Shown here: positions 53,583 through 64,000 of the stretch, piece after piece
Layout of the letters: every line of letters begins with the position of its first letter
Position numbering within the stretch: the stretch's first letter is position 1
NCBI RefSeq assembly: GCF_039654945.1
Contig: NW_027361700.1
Coordinates: 14,570,001-14,634,000 of the forward strand
Source of the DNA: Dendrobates tinctorius
Taxonomy: Eukaryota
DNA length: 64,000 nucleotides
Direction: 5' to 3'
Program-made: the position numbers and the translations under genes
The notes under the pieces: model-generated
Told to the model about the DNA's origin: nothing
The model's input: the letters and a program-made list of their open reading frames with translations, nothing else
The model's database searches: none

Positions 53583-53837
53583 TAAAATTTGAGACCTTAG
53601 TAGTTAATACCTTTTAGTGGCTAACTGAAAAGATGGTAACAAATAGCAAGCTTTGAGACCACTAAGGTCTCTTTATCAGTCTCAGATTAATAGAAAATCT
53701 CAAGAGTAGTCTCGAAATCTTGCTATTTGTCACCATAATTTCAGTTAGCCATTAAAAGGTATCAGCTACTAAGAATTCTCAAATTTTTAGATTTTTCTAT
53801 CTACTGACTAACACGGCACAAAGATATATTTTTCCTG
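53583..53837. mobile_element. Penelope pLTR-only inverted remnant (same family as 24665-25417)
   Basis: Shares GGCTAACTGAAAAGATGG / CAGTTAGCCATTAAAAGGTATCA; TSD CAGCTATAGAAT; mutated hammerhead on the minus strand. Confidence 0.8.
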
Positions 53838-54024
53838 CAGCTATAGAATAAAATATCTCATGAGTTCAAGTGTATTCAGTCTCCGCTAACCCAGCCTGAG
53901 TGACTGCTGCATCCTCTACAGAACAGAGTGAGATCTCAGCAACAGCAGCAGGGAGGAGGGACACTGAAGAGCTGTCAATCAGGCAAGGTGGGTGGAGATT
54001 GAGTGAAACATTCATAAAGGATTA

Positions 54025-55317
54025 CGAGGGGCGATCCAAAAGTAATGATAATCAATAATAAACACAATGAATATAGTAAAAAAAATTTTTTATTTTTCTA
54101 CATAGTCTCCTAACAAGTCTATACATTTAGTCCATCTCTTTTCTAAACTTAGAATTCCCTTCGAAAAAAATTCTTGATCTTGACCCTCAAAAAACTCCCC
54201 AACAGCGGTTATCACGTCGCTATTGTCGTCAAATTTCTTGCCCCGGAGGTGTTCATTGAGCCGAGGACAGAGAAAGAAGTCACTGGGGGCTAGATCTGGC
54301 GAATGGGGGGGTGTTCTACCAGTTCAAAGCCTGCTTCTTGAATGGTAGCCATGGCAACTGCAGCTTTGTGAGCCGGTGCGTTATCTTAGTGAAACAGCAC
54401 TCCAGCCCGCAGTTTTCCGCGCCTTTTCTCCTTGATAGCCTCCCGCAATCTTCTTATTTGTTCTGCGTAGTAGGAGCCCGTAATAGTGGCTCCCTTCTCC
54501 AAATAGTCCACCATAATAATTCCTTCAGCGTCCCAAAAAACGGACGCCATAACCTTCCCTGCTGAGCTTGACACTTTGAATTTCTTCGGTGTCGGTTCGT
54601 CGGCTGGTTTCCATGTCATCGATTGTTGTTTAGTTTCGGGATCAAAGTGGTGGATTCAGGTCTCATCCATGGTCAAAAAACGTGACAAAAAATTCTCCTT
54701 GTCTGCTTGGAACTTTTTGAGATTTGCTATTGAAATGTCAACTCGTTTCTTCTTTTGCTCGTCGGTTAACATTTTTGGCACCCAACGCGCGGAGACCTTT
54801 CTCATATGCAATTCTTTTGCAAGGATTCTTTGAATACTGCCATATGAGATCCCTGTGACCTCAGCTACATGCCTGATAGTCACTCTTCGATCTGCCAACA
54901 CAACTTCTTCAACTTTTTTCACGTTTTCTTCATTAAGGGACGTGGATGGGCGTCCTTCGCAATGTTCATCTTCCGTCGATGTTCTTCCCAGCTTAAATTC
55001 CTTGGGCCAGCGTGCAACTGTGGAATATGGAGGAGAAGAGTCCCCCAATGTTTCCACCAAGTCGCTGTGTATATCTTTGGTAGACATTTTTTTCAAGCAG
55101 AGGTATTTGATGACAGCTCTGAGCTCGTTTTTTTCCATTTTGATGTTCACTCCTTGGCAGTTCATATTCAAATGAATGTAGCTCCCGGGAATCGTGGCCT
55201 ATTTAAGTGATTTTTTTTCCTGGACTAGTGGGTACCTAAGAGAGAAGAAAATATTTTATATTAATTTCTGTGTGCAATAGAAATAACCGAGTATCATTAC
55301 TTTTGGATCGCCCCTCG
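54025..55317 (-). mobile_element. Full-length mariner element (1293 bp)
   Basis: Perfect 26-bp TIRs CGAGGGGCGATCCAAAAGTAATGATA, TA duplication; WVPKML, TMDET, DNAPAH and SPDLAPSD motifs. Confidence 0.95.
54090..55138 (-). pseudogene. Mariner transposase pseudogene
   Basis: MEKNELRAVIKYL...GDYVEK*; stops at 54656-54658 and 54386-54388, and a 1-nt deletion near 54304 in HPPYSPDL. Confidence 0.9.
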
Positions 55318-55842
55318 TATAACAGCCATTCTCACAGGGGTTTTCATAGTAAATATAGCAGCCTCATCAAGTCTTAGAAATCGGTTTATTAATATATCCA
55401 ATTTGTATTGTGAAAAACGGTGACAGATTTGCCATAAGGAACATCTTTTGGGGTTGTATTGTAACCTTTGGACTAAGTTCAAATGTTTTGAATTCTACAT
55501 CACATATCCATAATCAAGTACAGTCTAATACAAATGAATAGTTATCAAAACCCCATTCAGATGTTGTTGATCTGTTTTGTTGTGGATTTGGTCAAACTTT
55601 GCGGATTTTCAATCTGCATGCATCATTTTCATTATTTTGCAGTCTAATTGCGAAGTTATCCCAAATTCTTGCCATCAATATCAATGTATTTGTTAATCTG
55701 CAATTAAAACGTGCAAATGGGGATTTGAATTGCGGATCAAATTCTTGACGTGTGAGCTAGGTCTTAGTGTTATATGTTTGACCATCTACAACTACAATGT
55801 CTGTCTCTACATAAGCTGAAGCATTTCCAGACAATAAACTTA

Positions 55843-56321
55843 GGCTATGTTCCCATGATGAGCTTTTGGTGAGTTTTTGATGTTGCCCAATTTCTGCACC
55901 TATTGTTTAAGCTTGGTTACTTGCGTTTTATCATTGCCTTTTTTGCCTCTTTTTGGGGTGTCATGCTTGAAATAAAGCTGGCTTGTATTTGATAGTTCCT
56001 GGTATTTGGCTTTTACAAGATTTTAATACAGTCATGTGTGGATTACCTGCGTTTTTGATGTTTCCGTTACGGAAACACACTGTAAATGTGCGTTTTTTAC
56101 ATGCAGATTTTCTGCATCTAATGAAATCCTATGGGGAAAATCCGCAGAAAACTCCGTGTACCTGCAAGAGAAACTGACATGCTGCAGATTTGAAACTCGC
56201 ACTGCAGGTCAATATACGCTCAGTAAAAAAAAGCACATTGGGCAGGAGATTTGCTGCATTTTTTACGCTACAAAAATCTTCAGTCAAAAATGCACCAAAA
56301 GCTCATCGTGTGAACGTAGCC
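55843..56321. mobile_element. Harbinger-type MITE
   Basis: TIR GGCTATGTTCCCATGATGAGCTTTTGGTG / CACCAAAAGCTCATCGTGTGAACGTAGCC; TTA/TAA flanks. Confidence 0.78.
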
Positions 56322-56534
56322 TAAAAGTCATTTTCGTAAACGAAGTATGAGTAGAGCCGGATCTGAGGATCAGACAGAAGCGGAACAGCAATGTGGTCTG
56401 GTAATAGGGATCTGCTCAACATCCACACCACATAATTGTGACAAGCTTTCCTATATGATGGATGGCCGTCACACTGTTTCCCCATTCATATATATCCCAC
56501 TCAATGAAAACTCTACTTTCACCTCCAGTAGGTG

Positions 56535-56970
56535 TAGGGTGGGCGGAGGTACATGGCCCTGATTTCTATTATTGCACACTTCTGTCACACTCACCTGCTG
56601 AACTCTGGTAAAATGTGACAGGTGTGTCCTACCTATAAATATTCATGTCTCAGTTCCTGTTCTCTCCTGTTTGCTGAGCTGGGAGGGTCAGGTTTAACCT
56701 TCAGAGAGAGAGAGAGCGAGAGAGAAACCGAGACACCTGTACCAGGCTGAGTGACAGTCCAGTGCCAGAAACCAACCGAGACCTCTGTCCCAGAGAAGAA
56801 TTCTCCAAGAGCCGTGCCAGTGCCATATCTTCATAGCCTAGCCTGGGAGGATACAACAGCTTGGCTTCAGAAAAGAGGCACCTGTATCTCCAAGAAGGAT
56901 ACAACAGACCTATAGATAGTTCCATACTAAAGAGGAAACTTCACAAACCACTGGAGACGACAGACGTAAG
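56535..56970 (+). promoter_or_regulatory. Candidate PRR15L promoter and non-coding first exon
   Basis: GC box near 56541, E-boxes CACCTG/CAGGTG near 56592, 56619 and 56734, TATAAAT at 56634-56640, donor-like GAC|GTAAG at 56966. Non-repetitive sequence upstream of the PRR15L acceptor. Confidence 0.45.
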
Positions 56971-57434
56971 ACAGTGCTGTACGTGGGAGAAACTGATACA
57001 CCTGTAACCAAGAAGAGTGCTGTGACAACAAGGCATTGTTAGACACAGGTAATGTCCACGTATGTCTCACTTGAAGCTACAAATTCGGTCTAACATATGC
57101 TATGTAGGTCGTAAAGCTGATTTCTCAATTTTGTTTCCTGGTGTCTGTCAGGATTTTAATTGTCCCAGGTCCGGCGTACTGTAACAGGTGCATGGTGGCT
57201 TCTCTCGGACGTTTTGCTCCAAGAATTTCTTGGTGGGTAAAGGCTGGTGACAACGAGGCAGTGAATCACTGAAGGGAACTAAAGCAGTAAAGACTTGGTT
57301 AGGAGAAGTTTTTGTGGCGATGCCACAATTGGACCAGACATAGGGATTAGAAATGAGCAAAATGATTCAGAAGATCCTGGTCCACATTGGTAATCTGTGG
57401 TTGCTGGCCCAGAGTCCAGCAGACGTCCTCCTAC

Positions 57435-57761
57435 CAGTGTTGCCAACCATCCAGAAATTCAAGGACAGTCTGTAAAAATAGGGCACTTTTTTGCCCTATC
57501 CGTTAAAAAAAGAAAAAATTAAGGCATCCGTGATTTATTTTTGAAGCTGAAGAAAAATATACAGATTATTTTGAATGCATTATTATTATCATCATTAGAC
57601 AGTGAGTACAGCTGATGTCTTCATAACAGAATTATGGACTGTAGACATGGATCACTGATAATCATTATGATTTATTATGGCTTCCCAATGTGTCTGTAAA
57701 AAATATTGTCTGTGATTTTTTGATAAGCTTTCCAGAAAAAAAAGTCAAGTTGGCAACCCTA
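57435..57761. mobile_element. hAT-type MITE
   Basis: CAGTGTTGCCAAC...GTTGGCAACCCTA; 8-bp TSD CCTCCTAC/CCTCCAAC. Confidence 0.75.
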
Positions 57762-58022
57762 CCTCCAACATTTCTGATTAGTAGGTCTGAAACAATTTCA
57801 TCCTTGCGGCATGACACATGCATGAATTCATACCAGGTCTACTAATCAGATGAGGTACCGGGTAGCAGGCGATTCACAGAGCTCTGGACTACTGATGTGG
57901 CCACTGGACCAGGGTCCAACAAATCATTTTGCTCAACTGTAGTAGGTATGCATCAAGCAATTCTGATGACCTGAATTACTGAAAGGGACTTTCAAATCTG
58001 GTAACAAATATCTTTACTATTA

Positions 58023-59265
58023 GGGCTCATACTCACATGCGAGAAACTCGGATGAGTCTCGCACGTCAATAGAGAGTATAATTTCAATATTTGCAGATGA
58101 CCCGAAACTCTGCAGGGTAATCAATACAGAGGAGGACAATTTTATATTACAGGAGGATTTATGTAAACTAGAAGCTTGGGCTGATAAATGGCAAATGCGC
58201 TTTAATGGGGATAAATGTAAGGTCATGCACTTGGGTAGAACAAACAAGATGTATAATTATGTGCTTAATTGTAAAACACTGGGCAAAACTGTCACTGAAA
58301 AAGACCTGGGTGTATGGGTGGACGACAAACTCACATTTAGTGGCCAGTGTCAGGCAGCTGCTGCAAAGGCAAATAAAATAATGGGATGCATTAAAAGAGG
58401 CATAGATGCTCATGAGGAGAACATAATTTTACCTCTATATAAGTCACTAGTGCGGCCACACTTAGAATACTGTGTACAGTTCTGGTCTCCGGGGTATAAG
58501 ACAGACATAGCTGAACTGGAGCGGGTGCAGAGAAGAGCGACCAAGGTTATTAGGGAACTGGGGGGTCTGCAATACCAAGACAGGTTATTACATTTGGGGT
58601 TATTTAGTTTGGAGAATCGAAGGCTTAGGGGTGATCTTATTACAATGTACAAATATATGCGGGGACAATATAAAGACCTTTCTAATGATCTTTTTACTCT
58701 TAGACCTGTGACGGGGACAAGGGGGCATCCTCTACGTCTGGAGGAAAGAAGGTTTAAGAATACTCACAGACGTGGGTTCTTTACTGTAAGAGCAGTGAGA
58801 CTATGGAACTCTCTGCCATATGATGTTGTAATGAGTGATTCCCTACTAAAATTTAAGAAGGGCCTGGATGCCTTTCTTGAAAAGTATAATATTACAGGGT
58901 ATATACACTAGTTTCCTTAATATTGCGTTGACCCAGGGAGCTAGTCTGATTTTCGTATGTGGAGTTGGGAAGGAATTTTTTTCCCCAATGTGAAGCCTAC
59001 TGTTTGCCACATGGGTTTTTGTTGCCTTCCTCTGGATCAACATGTTAGGGCAAGTTAGGATAGGATATGGGTTGAACTAGATGGACTTAAGTCTTCCTTC
59101 AACCTTAATAACTATGTTACTATGTAATACCCGGCGGCACTCGGATTAGAGTGTTCAGCTCCATGTATTTCTATGCAACCGAATGCTCCGATCCGAGTGC
59201 CGGCGGCAGTGCCGGGTATTGACGTGCGAGACTCGTCCGAGTTTCTCGCATGTGAGTATGACCCA
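58023..59265. mobile_element. Harbinger-type MITE split by a CR1 insertion
   Basis: TIR GGGCTCATACTCACATGCGAGAAACTCGGA and its inverse at about 59215-59265. Confidence 0.8.
58072..59125 (+). mobile_element. 5'-truncated CR1 LINE with uninterrupted ORF2 C-terminus (ORF 58195-58911)
   Basis: FADD, WQMRFNGDKCKVMHLG, LYKSLVRPHLEYCVQFWSP, RLRGDLI; (ACTATGTT)n tail; AATA duplicated. Confidence 0.95.
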
Positions 59266-61062
59266 TTAGAGGGGATCTGTCACCAGATTTTACGACACAA
59301 ACTCTCTTTGATCTGATGAGGCTGTTGTAGTTACTTTGAAAATTTATATCAGAGTGGCTGTGTAATCCTTTTTAAAATATTTATCTCCTTTTCCGCTCTA
59401 CATGAATTCATAAAATGCTCATCGAAGTATCATGATTATGCAGCTATCCTGACATGTATTTTCCTAGTAAGTACACATGCCTCATCAGGTCTGAGATCTA
59501 TTTAATAATATATGAAGTTTGTATTGTGAAATCTGGTGACAGATCCAGCTTTGCTAGCAGTAAACTTCACAGATTCTGGAGGATAGCCTGTCAGATCTCA
59601 ATGTCAGTGAGACATTTATCCAGTATGACTTTCGACATATTTATATTTTGACATGATTTTTCAAATGTAAATGGAAGCCACGTGCTATACTATATTGCTG
59701 AGATTATGTGTCATTCCAATCATTTTTCTATGTCTCCAGCCAATCTATCATTATATTTGCAGCTCATTGCTATAGAAAATAGTAGACGAACTAGCAGTAT
59801 AGCAGTGGAAGCGTACAATCTGGGCCCATTATTATTAATACCAGCACTATTCATGGATGACCGGCATACCAGTTTGGTGTAAAATGAATCATTGCCAGGC
59901 TTACTTGTAAAAAGATTTCCAACCACTGGAAGAGATACAGCACTGCCGTGCATAAATGTCTATTCCGACATCCGAACAATAAAATGTATGTTTCAGCAAG
60001 TGCTGCCATTATTACACAAGAAAAAGCAGTGGTGTCATAATTAATATACCAAATACATGATTGCAAACCAGATCAATGGATTTTCTGGCCAAGTGTATGA
60101 GCATTTAATTAAGATGAACATAAATCCAAAATATATTTTGCCTGGAAAATCTCTTAAAATTAGCTATTCCCAAATTACTATGCACCTCCGCTTTCATATT
60201 TGCAAAGAAAATGGGGTATAAGTGTTATCACACCCCTATGATAACACTTATCAAGTGAGAAACAGCAGTTGACCAGGATGATATAAAACTTATCAAATCT
60301 GTCCCATAAGCAGCATTTATCACCCATCCCAGGATTGAGGAGAAATATAATTGTTGGGAGTCTGACTTATGGCACCCACAAGAATGTGGAGAACAGGATC
60401 CCCTGTGTGAGCAGAGCAGTTTTACGCATGGAATGGGAAGAGGTCATTGATGTACTCTACTTCTTCCATAGAAGTGAACGGGACGTGATCAGTACTGCTC
60501 CATTCATGCAGGGGACTTATGGACCCTAGTTCTAGTGATCAGTAGGGGTCCCAGTGGTTGGATCCTCAGTGATCACAGTGAATCTGTCACTGCTTTTGTT
60601 ACTGCATATGAGAGCAACATGAGGTAGGTGCATTGACCTCGATTCCCGCGATGTATCACTTACTGGACTGATTTTGATAAAATTGTTTTCTGTGTGGCAG
60701 ATCTAGCAGTGCTCTGAATGCTGAGCTCTGTATATCCCCACCCACACCACTGATTGGCAGCTTTCTGTGTACACTATAAATGGTCACAAAGCTGCCTTTA
60801 AACAAATAATAAAAATAAATGCAAGATTTGGATTTCTATGTAAGGCCTCTCTCTCATCATTTTTGGGAGATGTAATTTTCTATGTCGCTTTCCTCTGGGT
60901 TTCAATTCTAGAGAAGCTAGGGATACTTTCTTACATTTTCTAGATGTTTTCAGTACTTTATTTTTTTCAAAAGTGGTAATGGTAGAATAGATATATTTCG
61001 GAATTTTATGTTAGTAATTCCAAACAAACTTCAATCTTCTTTTCTTCCAGCTCCTCAGCTCC

Positions 61063-61353
61063 ATGGCGGAGACATCATATAGTTGGTGGAAGCTCACATT
61101 TCTCAGAAAAAAAAAATCTACTCCAAAAGTTGTGTATGAATCGGTTGTGGAGCATGCGGGCACAGAGAAGGCACCGGAGGAGAGCCCGGGTGATGCCAAT
61201 TACACAGCACGGCTAGAGAAAATTGTGGACAAAAATACAAAAGGCAAACATGTAAAAGTGTCCAACTCTGGCCGATTTAAGGAAAGGAAGAAGGTCCGTC
61301 CATCACTAAATGAGACACCTGGACTATGCCCCGAACCTTCAAATGGACAATGA
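61063..61353 (+). CDS. PRR15L: Proline-rich protein 15-like, single coding exon, 96 aa
   Basis: [44 protein letters not shown] are the PRR15L signature blocks. Splice acceptor ttttcttccag ends at 61050, good Kozak context, and the gene is divergent from CDK5RAP3 as in human. Confidence 0.95.
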   Translation: MAETSYSWWKLTFLRKKKSTPKVVYESVVEHAGTEKAPEESPGDANYTARLEKIVDKNTKGKHVKVSNSGRFKERKKVRPSLNETPGLCPEPSNGQ

Positions 61354-62009
61354 AGCGAATGAGTTCTTCATTCATTCATCGGACAGCAATAGCTTACAAT
61401 CAATGAAGGCACCGCCATGTAAGGGATAAGATGGGTCCAGACCAAAGATGCCATTGATTTATTTTGATGACTGGCTCTTCCCAGTGTTTACAGACACATT
61501 CGTACTCCTGTATGAGTGTTAGTCATTCCTGACCATGTATGTACACCTATCATTTCACAATAATGCGTATTCATCTCCTTTACCAACCAAGCACTATGGA
61601 CGCAAAAGCAACCACTGGCCTCTCAGAAAGCGATATTCCGACCCAACGGTCTACATTGTGTTTGCCACATACATGTGCTGGGTCCTACACACAGAATATA
61701 GCATGTGTACTGTACCCAGCTCTAGCCATTATCCTATATGTGTCCATCCAAATGATACAAACACCGCGAGCCCACCAAGCCAAATCAGCTTGACCATGTA
61801 CAGACGTTGTACTTCTTCCAGATCAATTGACCAAGAGCTACTATTATAGGCATATGTGCGGCGGTAACATATGCTGCATACACTTATAATCGGTAATTTC
61901 TTAGAACACGATGTATGGAAAATACTGAATGTAATGTATATTTGTCCTTTTTGAGTGTTTTTTTTTAATCTGAGCTGGATCATTTGCCAGGCATATTTTT
62001 CTATGTGCT

Positions 62010-62015
62010 AATAAA
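62010..62015 (+). terminator. Candidate PRR15L poly(A) signal AATAAA
   Basis: AATAAA about 660 nt after the stop codon. Confidence 0.45.
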
Positions 62016-63707
62016 CGGCACAACATGTGCTATCAAAGTCAAATTGTGACGCCCAAAATTGAATGTGTTCTCGATATAGACTAATCAATATTTTTTATAT
62101 TTTTTTCTACTCTTTACTCATAGTATTTTATTAATGGTATTTTAATAGGTTCATTAGGTGACTAAAGTTGTTCAGTAGCTAAAATTGCAAAGTGCATGTA
62201 AAAGTAAGGAACTTTGCACCTCTTTATTAAAAATCCTCTCTGTTCTCAAGAACCGAGGGTTTTTACTGTAATGTTATAGCTAACAACTCATTGTCTAAGT
62301 TGGTTACCTCTGCAGTCCAAGAATGGAACTCATGTATGGAGGGCTCTACGCTTTAGAGCTTGCTCACACAGCTGTGACGCTGGCTCAGTAGATCTATCCA
62401 GCATCGGTCCCTGCATGCTTCTCCCATGCTGCTCTTGTAGCCTGGGCGTGCGCTCAGTTAGGACTAGCGGGGCGACCATGCCGCTGGTCCATCCTGCCGA
62501 TGTTCGGGAGTGCACCACCCCCAGCAACCAAGAAGCCAGGAGACAGAAGGGTAGCGCACTCATGAAATTTAAAGATGTGAAAACTCCTTTAAGGGTGGAA
62601 TCAATCTGAAAATTAGTGCTGCTTATTAGAGCCAGCTCCACTAAACATCAAGGTTGAAATCAACAAAAGATTAAGCCATAGCTGAAATCAATGGATAGGA
62701 ATGTAGAAAACCTTATTATTTAGAGTTACAGATTAATGTTCCATTCATGCCGCTGGGAAGAGGCTATTTCTTCAATAGTGGTAGGATTTGGTACCAACCT
62801 GCTCCTGGACATGTTGGATATTCTACCTTAATTATGTAAGTTTACCATAGTCGGTTTGGACTGCCTCACCAGAGAGGTGGCCCTAACCAGAAAAAAACAA
62901 AGGTCCAGCAAAAGCTGGTGCCAATGACTATGTCTTTCCTGCCACTTGCAACCAATCAGAACTGGATTTTTAATTCGTTGTCAATGTCACATTATCAAAT
63001 CTATAGGAATTTATTACTAACTTATATTGGCGTGTGACTCAAGAGTGAAAAAGTGGTCTGACTAGACCTGCTTGTCTGGCATGGTATGGTTGATATCATC
63101 ATATAACTTGGGCATTAGTGGGTGTTATTGGCATTTGCCTGCTTGGTAACACAGAGAAAAGGACTGATGTATAAGAGCAGTTCCTATGTTTAATTTTACA
63201 AAAGTTTATGGTAAAAAATGAGCTGTCTGACCTCATTATAATTTCTCTATGTGGTAATGGCCATATAAACATTAGAGACGTTGTCATGAAGCCACGTTTG
63301 CTCCTTTAATTACACCGTCTAGCTACTATTTTCAGTGTAACTTAAGTACACCAACCCCTGTAGTAACGTGGCTGGGCATCTTAGCTATATATAGCATTCA
63401 TTACTTATTTATGGCCCACCTATCAGATTTCCGTGGTGCACAATTCCTAAGAAGTGTTGGTATTGTATCCATTCAGAGTAGGACCTTTCCATAGAAATCA
63501 TGGCGTCTACTTTCATATAAAACATTTACCTATGTTATAGTTGGTTCTTCTATTTCCCTAAGTGACACATTGGATGTGTCTCATCTTGACAATCCCTTTC
63601 CATATGCTCAATTGGGCAGAGGAACGTCATAGAGCCTGGTCTTCTACTGAGGTCCTCCCGCTGGCCAGACCCTCTGTCAGCCAATAATGTGAATGTCCAC
63701 ATATATA

Positions 63708-64000
63708 CACTCACTGGCCACTTTATTAGGTACACCTGTCCAACTGTGTGTTAAGACTTAATTTCTAATCAGCCAATCACATGGCGGCAACTCAGTGCAT
63801 TTAGGCATGTAGACATGGTCAAGACAATCTCCTGCAGTTCAAACCGAGCATCAGTATGGGGAAGAAAGGTGATTTGAGTGCCTTTGAACGTGGCATGATT
63901 GTTGGTGCCAGAAGGGCTGGTCTGAGTATTTCAGAAACTGCTGATCTACTGGGATTTTCACGCACAACCATCTCTAGGGTTTACAGAGAATGGTCCGAAA
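63708..64000 (+). mobile_element. Tc1-like element, 5' end (transposase ATG at 63856, runs off the window)
   Basis: TA-CACTCACTGGCCACTTTATTAGGTACACC TIR; MGKKGDLSAFERGMIVGARRAGLSISETADLLGFSRTTISRVYREW HTH. Confidence 0.9.

Overview
Eukaryotic, repeat-rich vertebrate DNA. The repeat families suggest an anuran (frog); this is inference. Two host genes lie head-to-head. (1) A complete 14-exon CDK5RAP3 (C53/LZAP) gene on the minus strand, CDS 45160 down to 10686; the exons were assembled by hand with GT-AG junctions in consistent phase and give 1506 nt, 501 aa. (2) PRR15L on the plus strand, with a single coding exon at 61063-61353. This divergent arrangement matches the human locus. The rest is mostly transposable elements: several Tc1 copies, a near-intact mariner, L1, L2 and CR1 LINEs, a Helitron, a piggyBac-like element, many hAT, Harbinger and TTAA-type MITEs, and Penelope-like insertions, some with minimal hammerhead ribozyme motifs. 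The most unusual object is a 5.75-kb DIRS-type retroelement in CDK5RAP3 intron 3. Its terminal repeats and internal complementary region are perfect, but its interior is decayed, non-coding and filled with hierarchical tandem repeats. All coordinates were read manually; repeat boundaries are approximate to a few bases.
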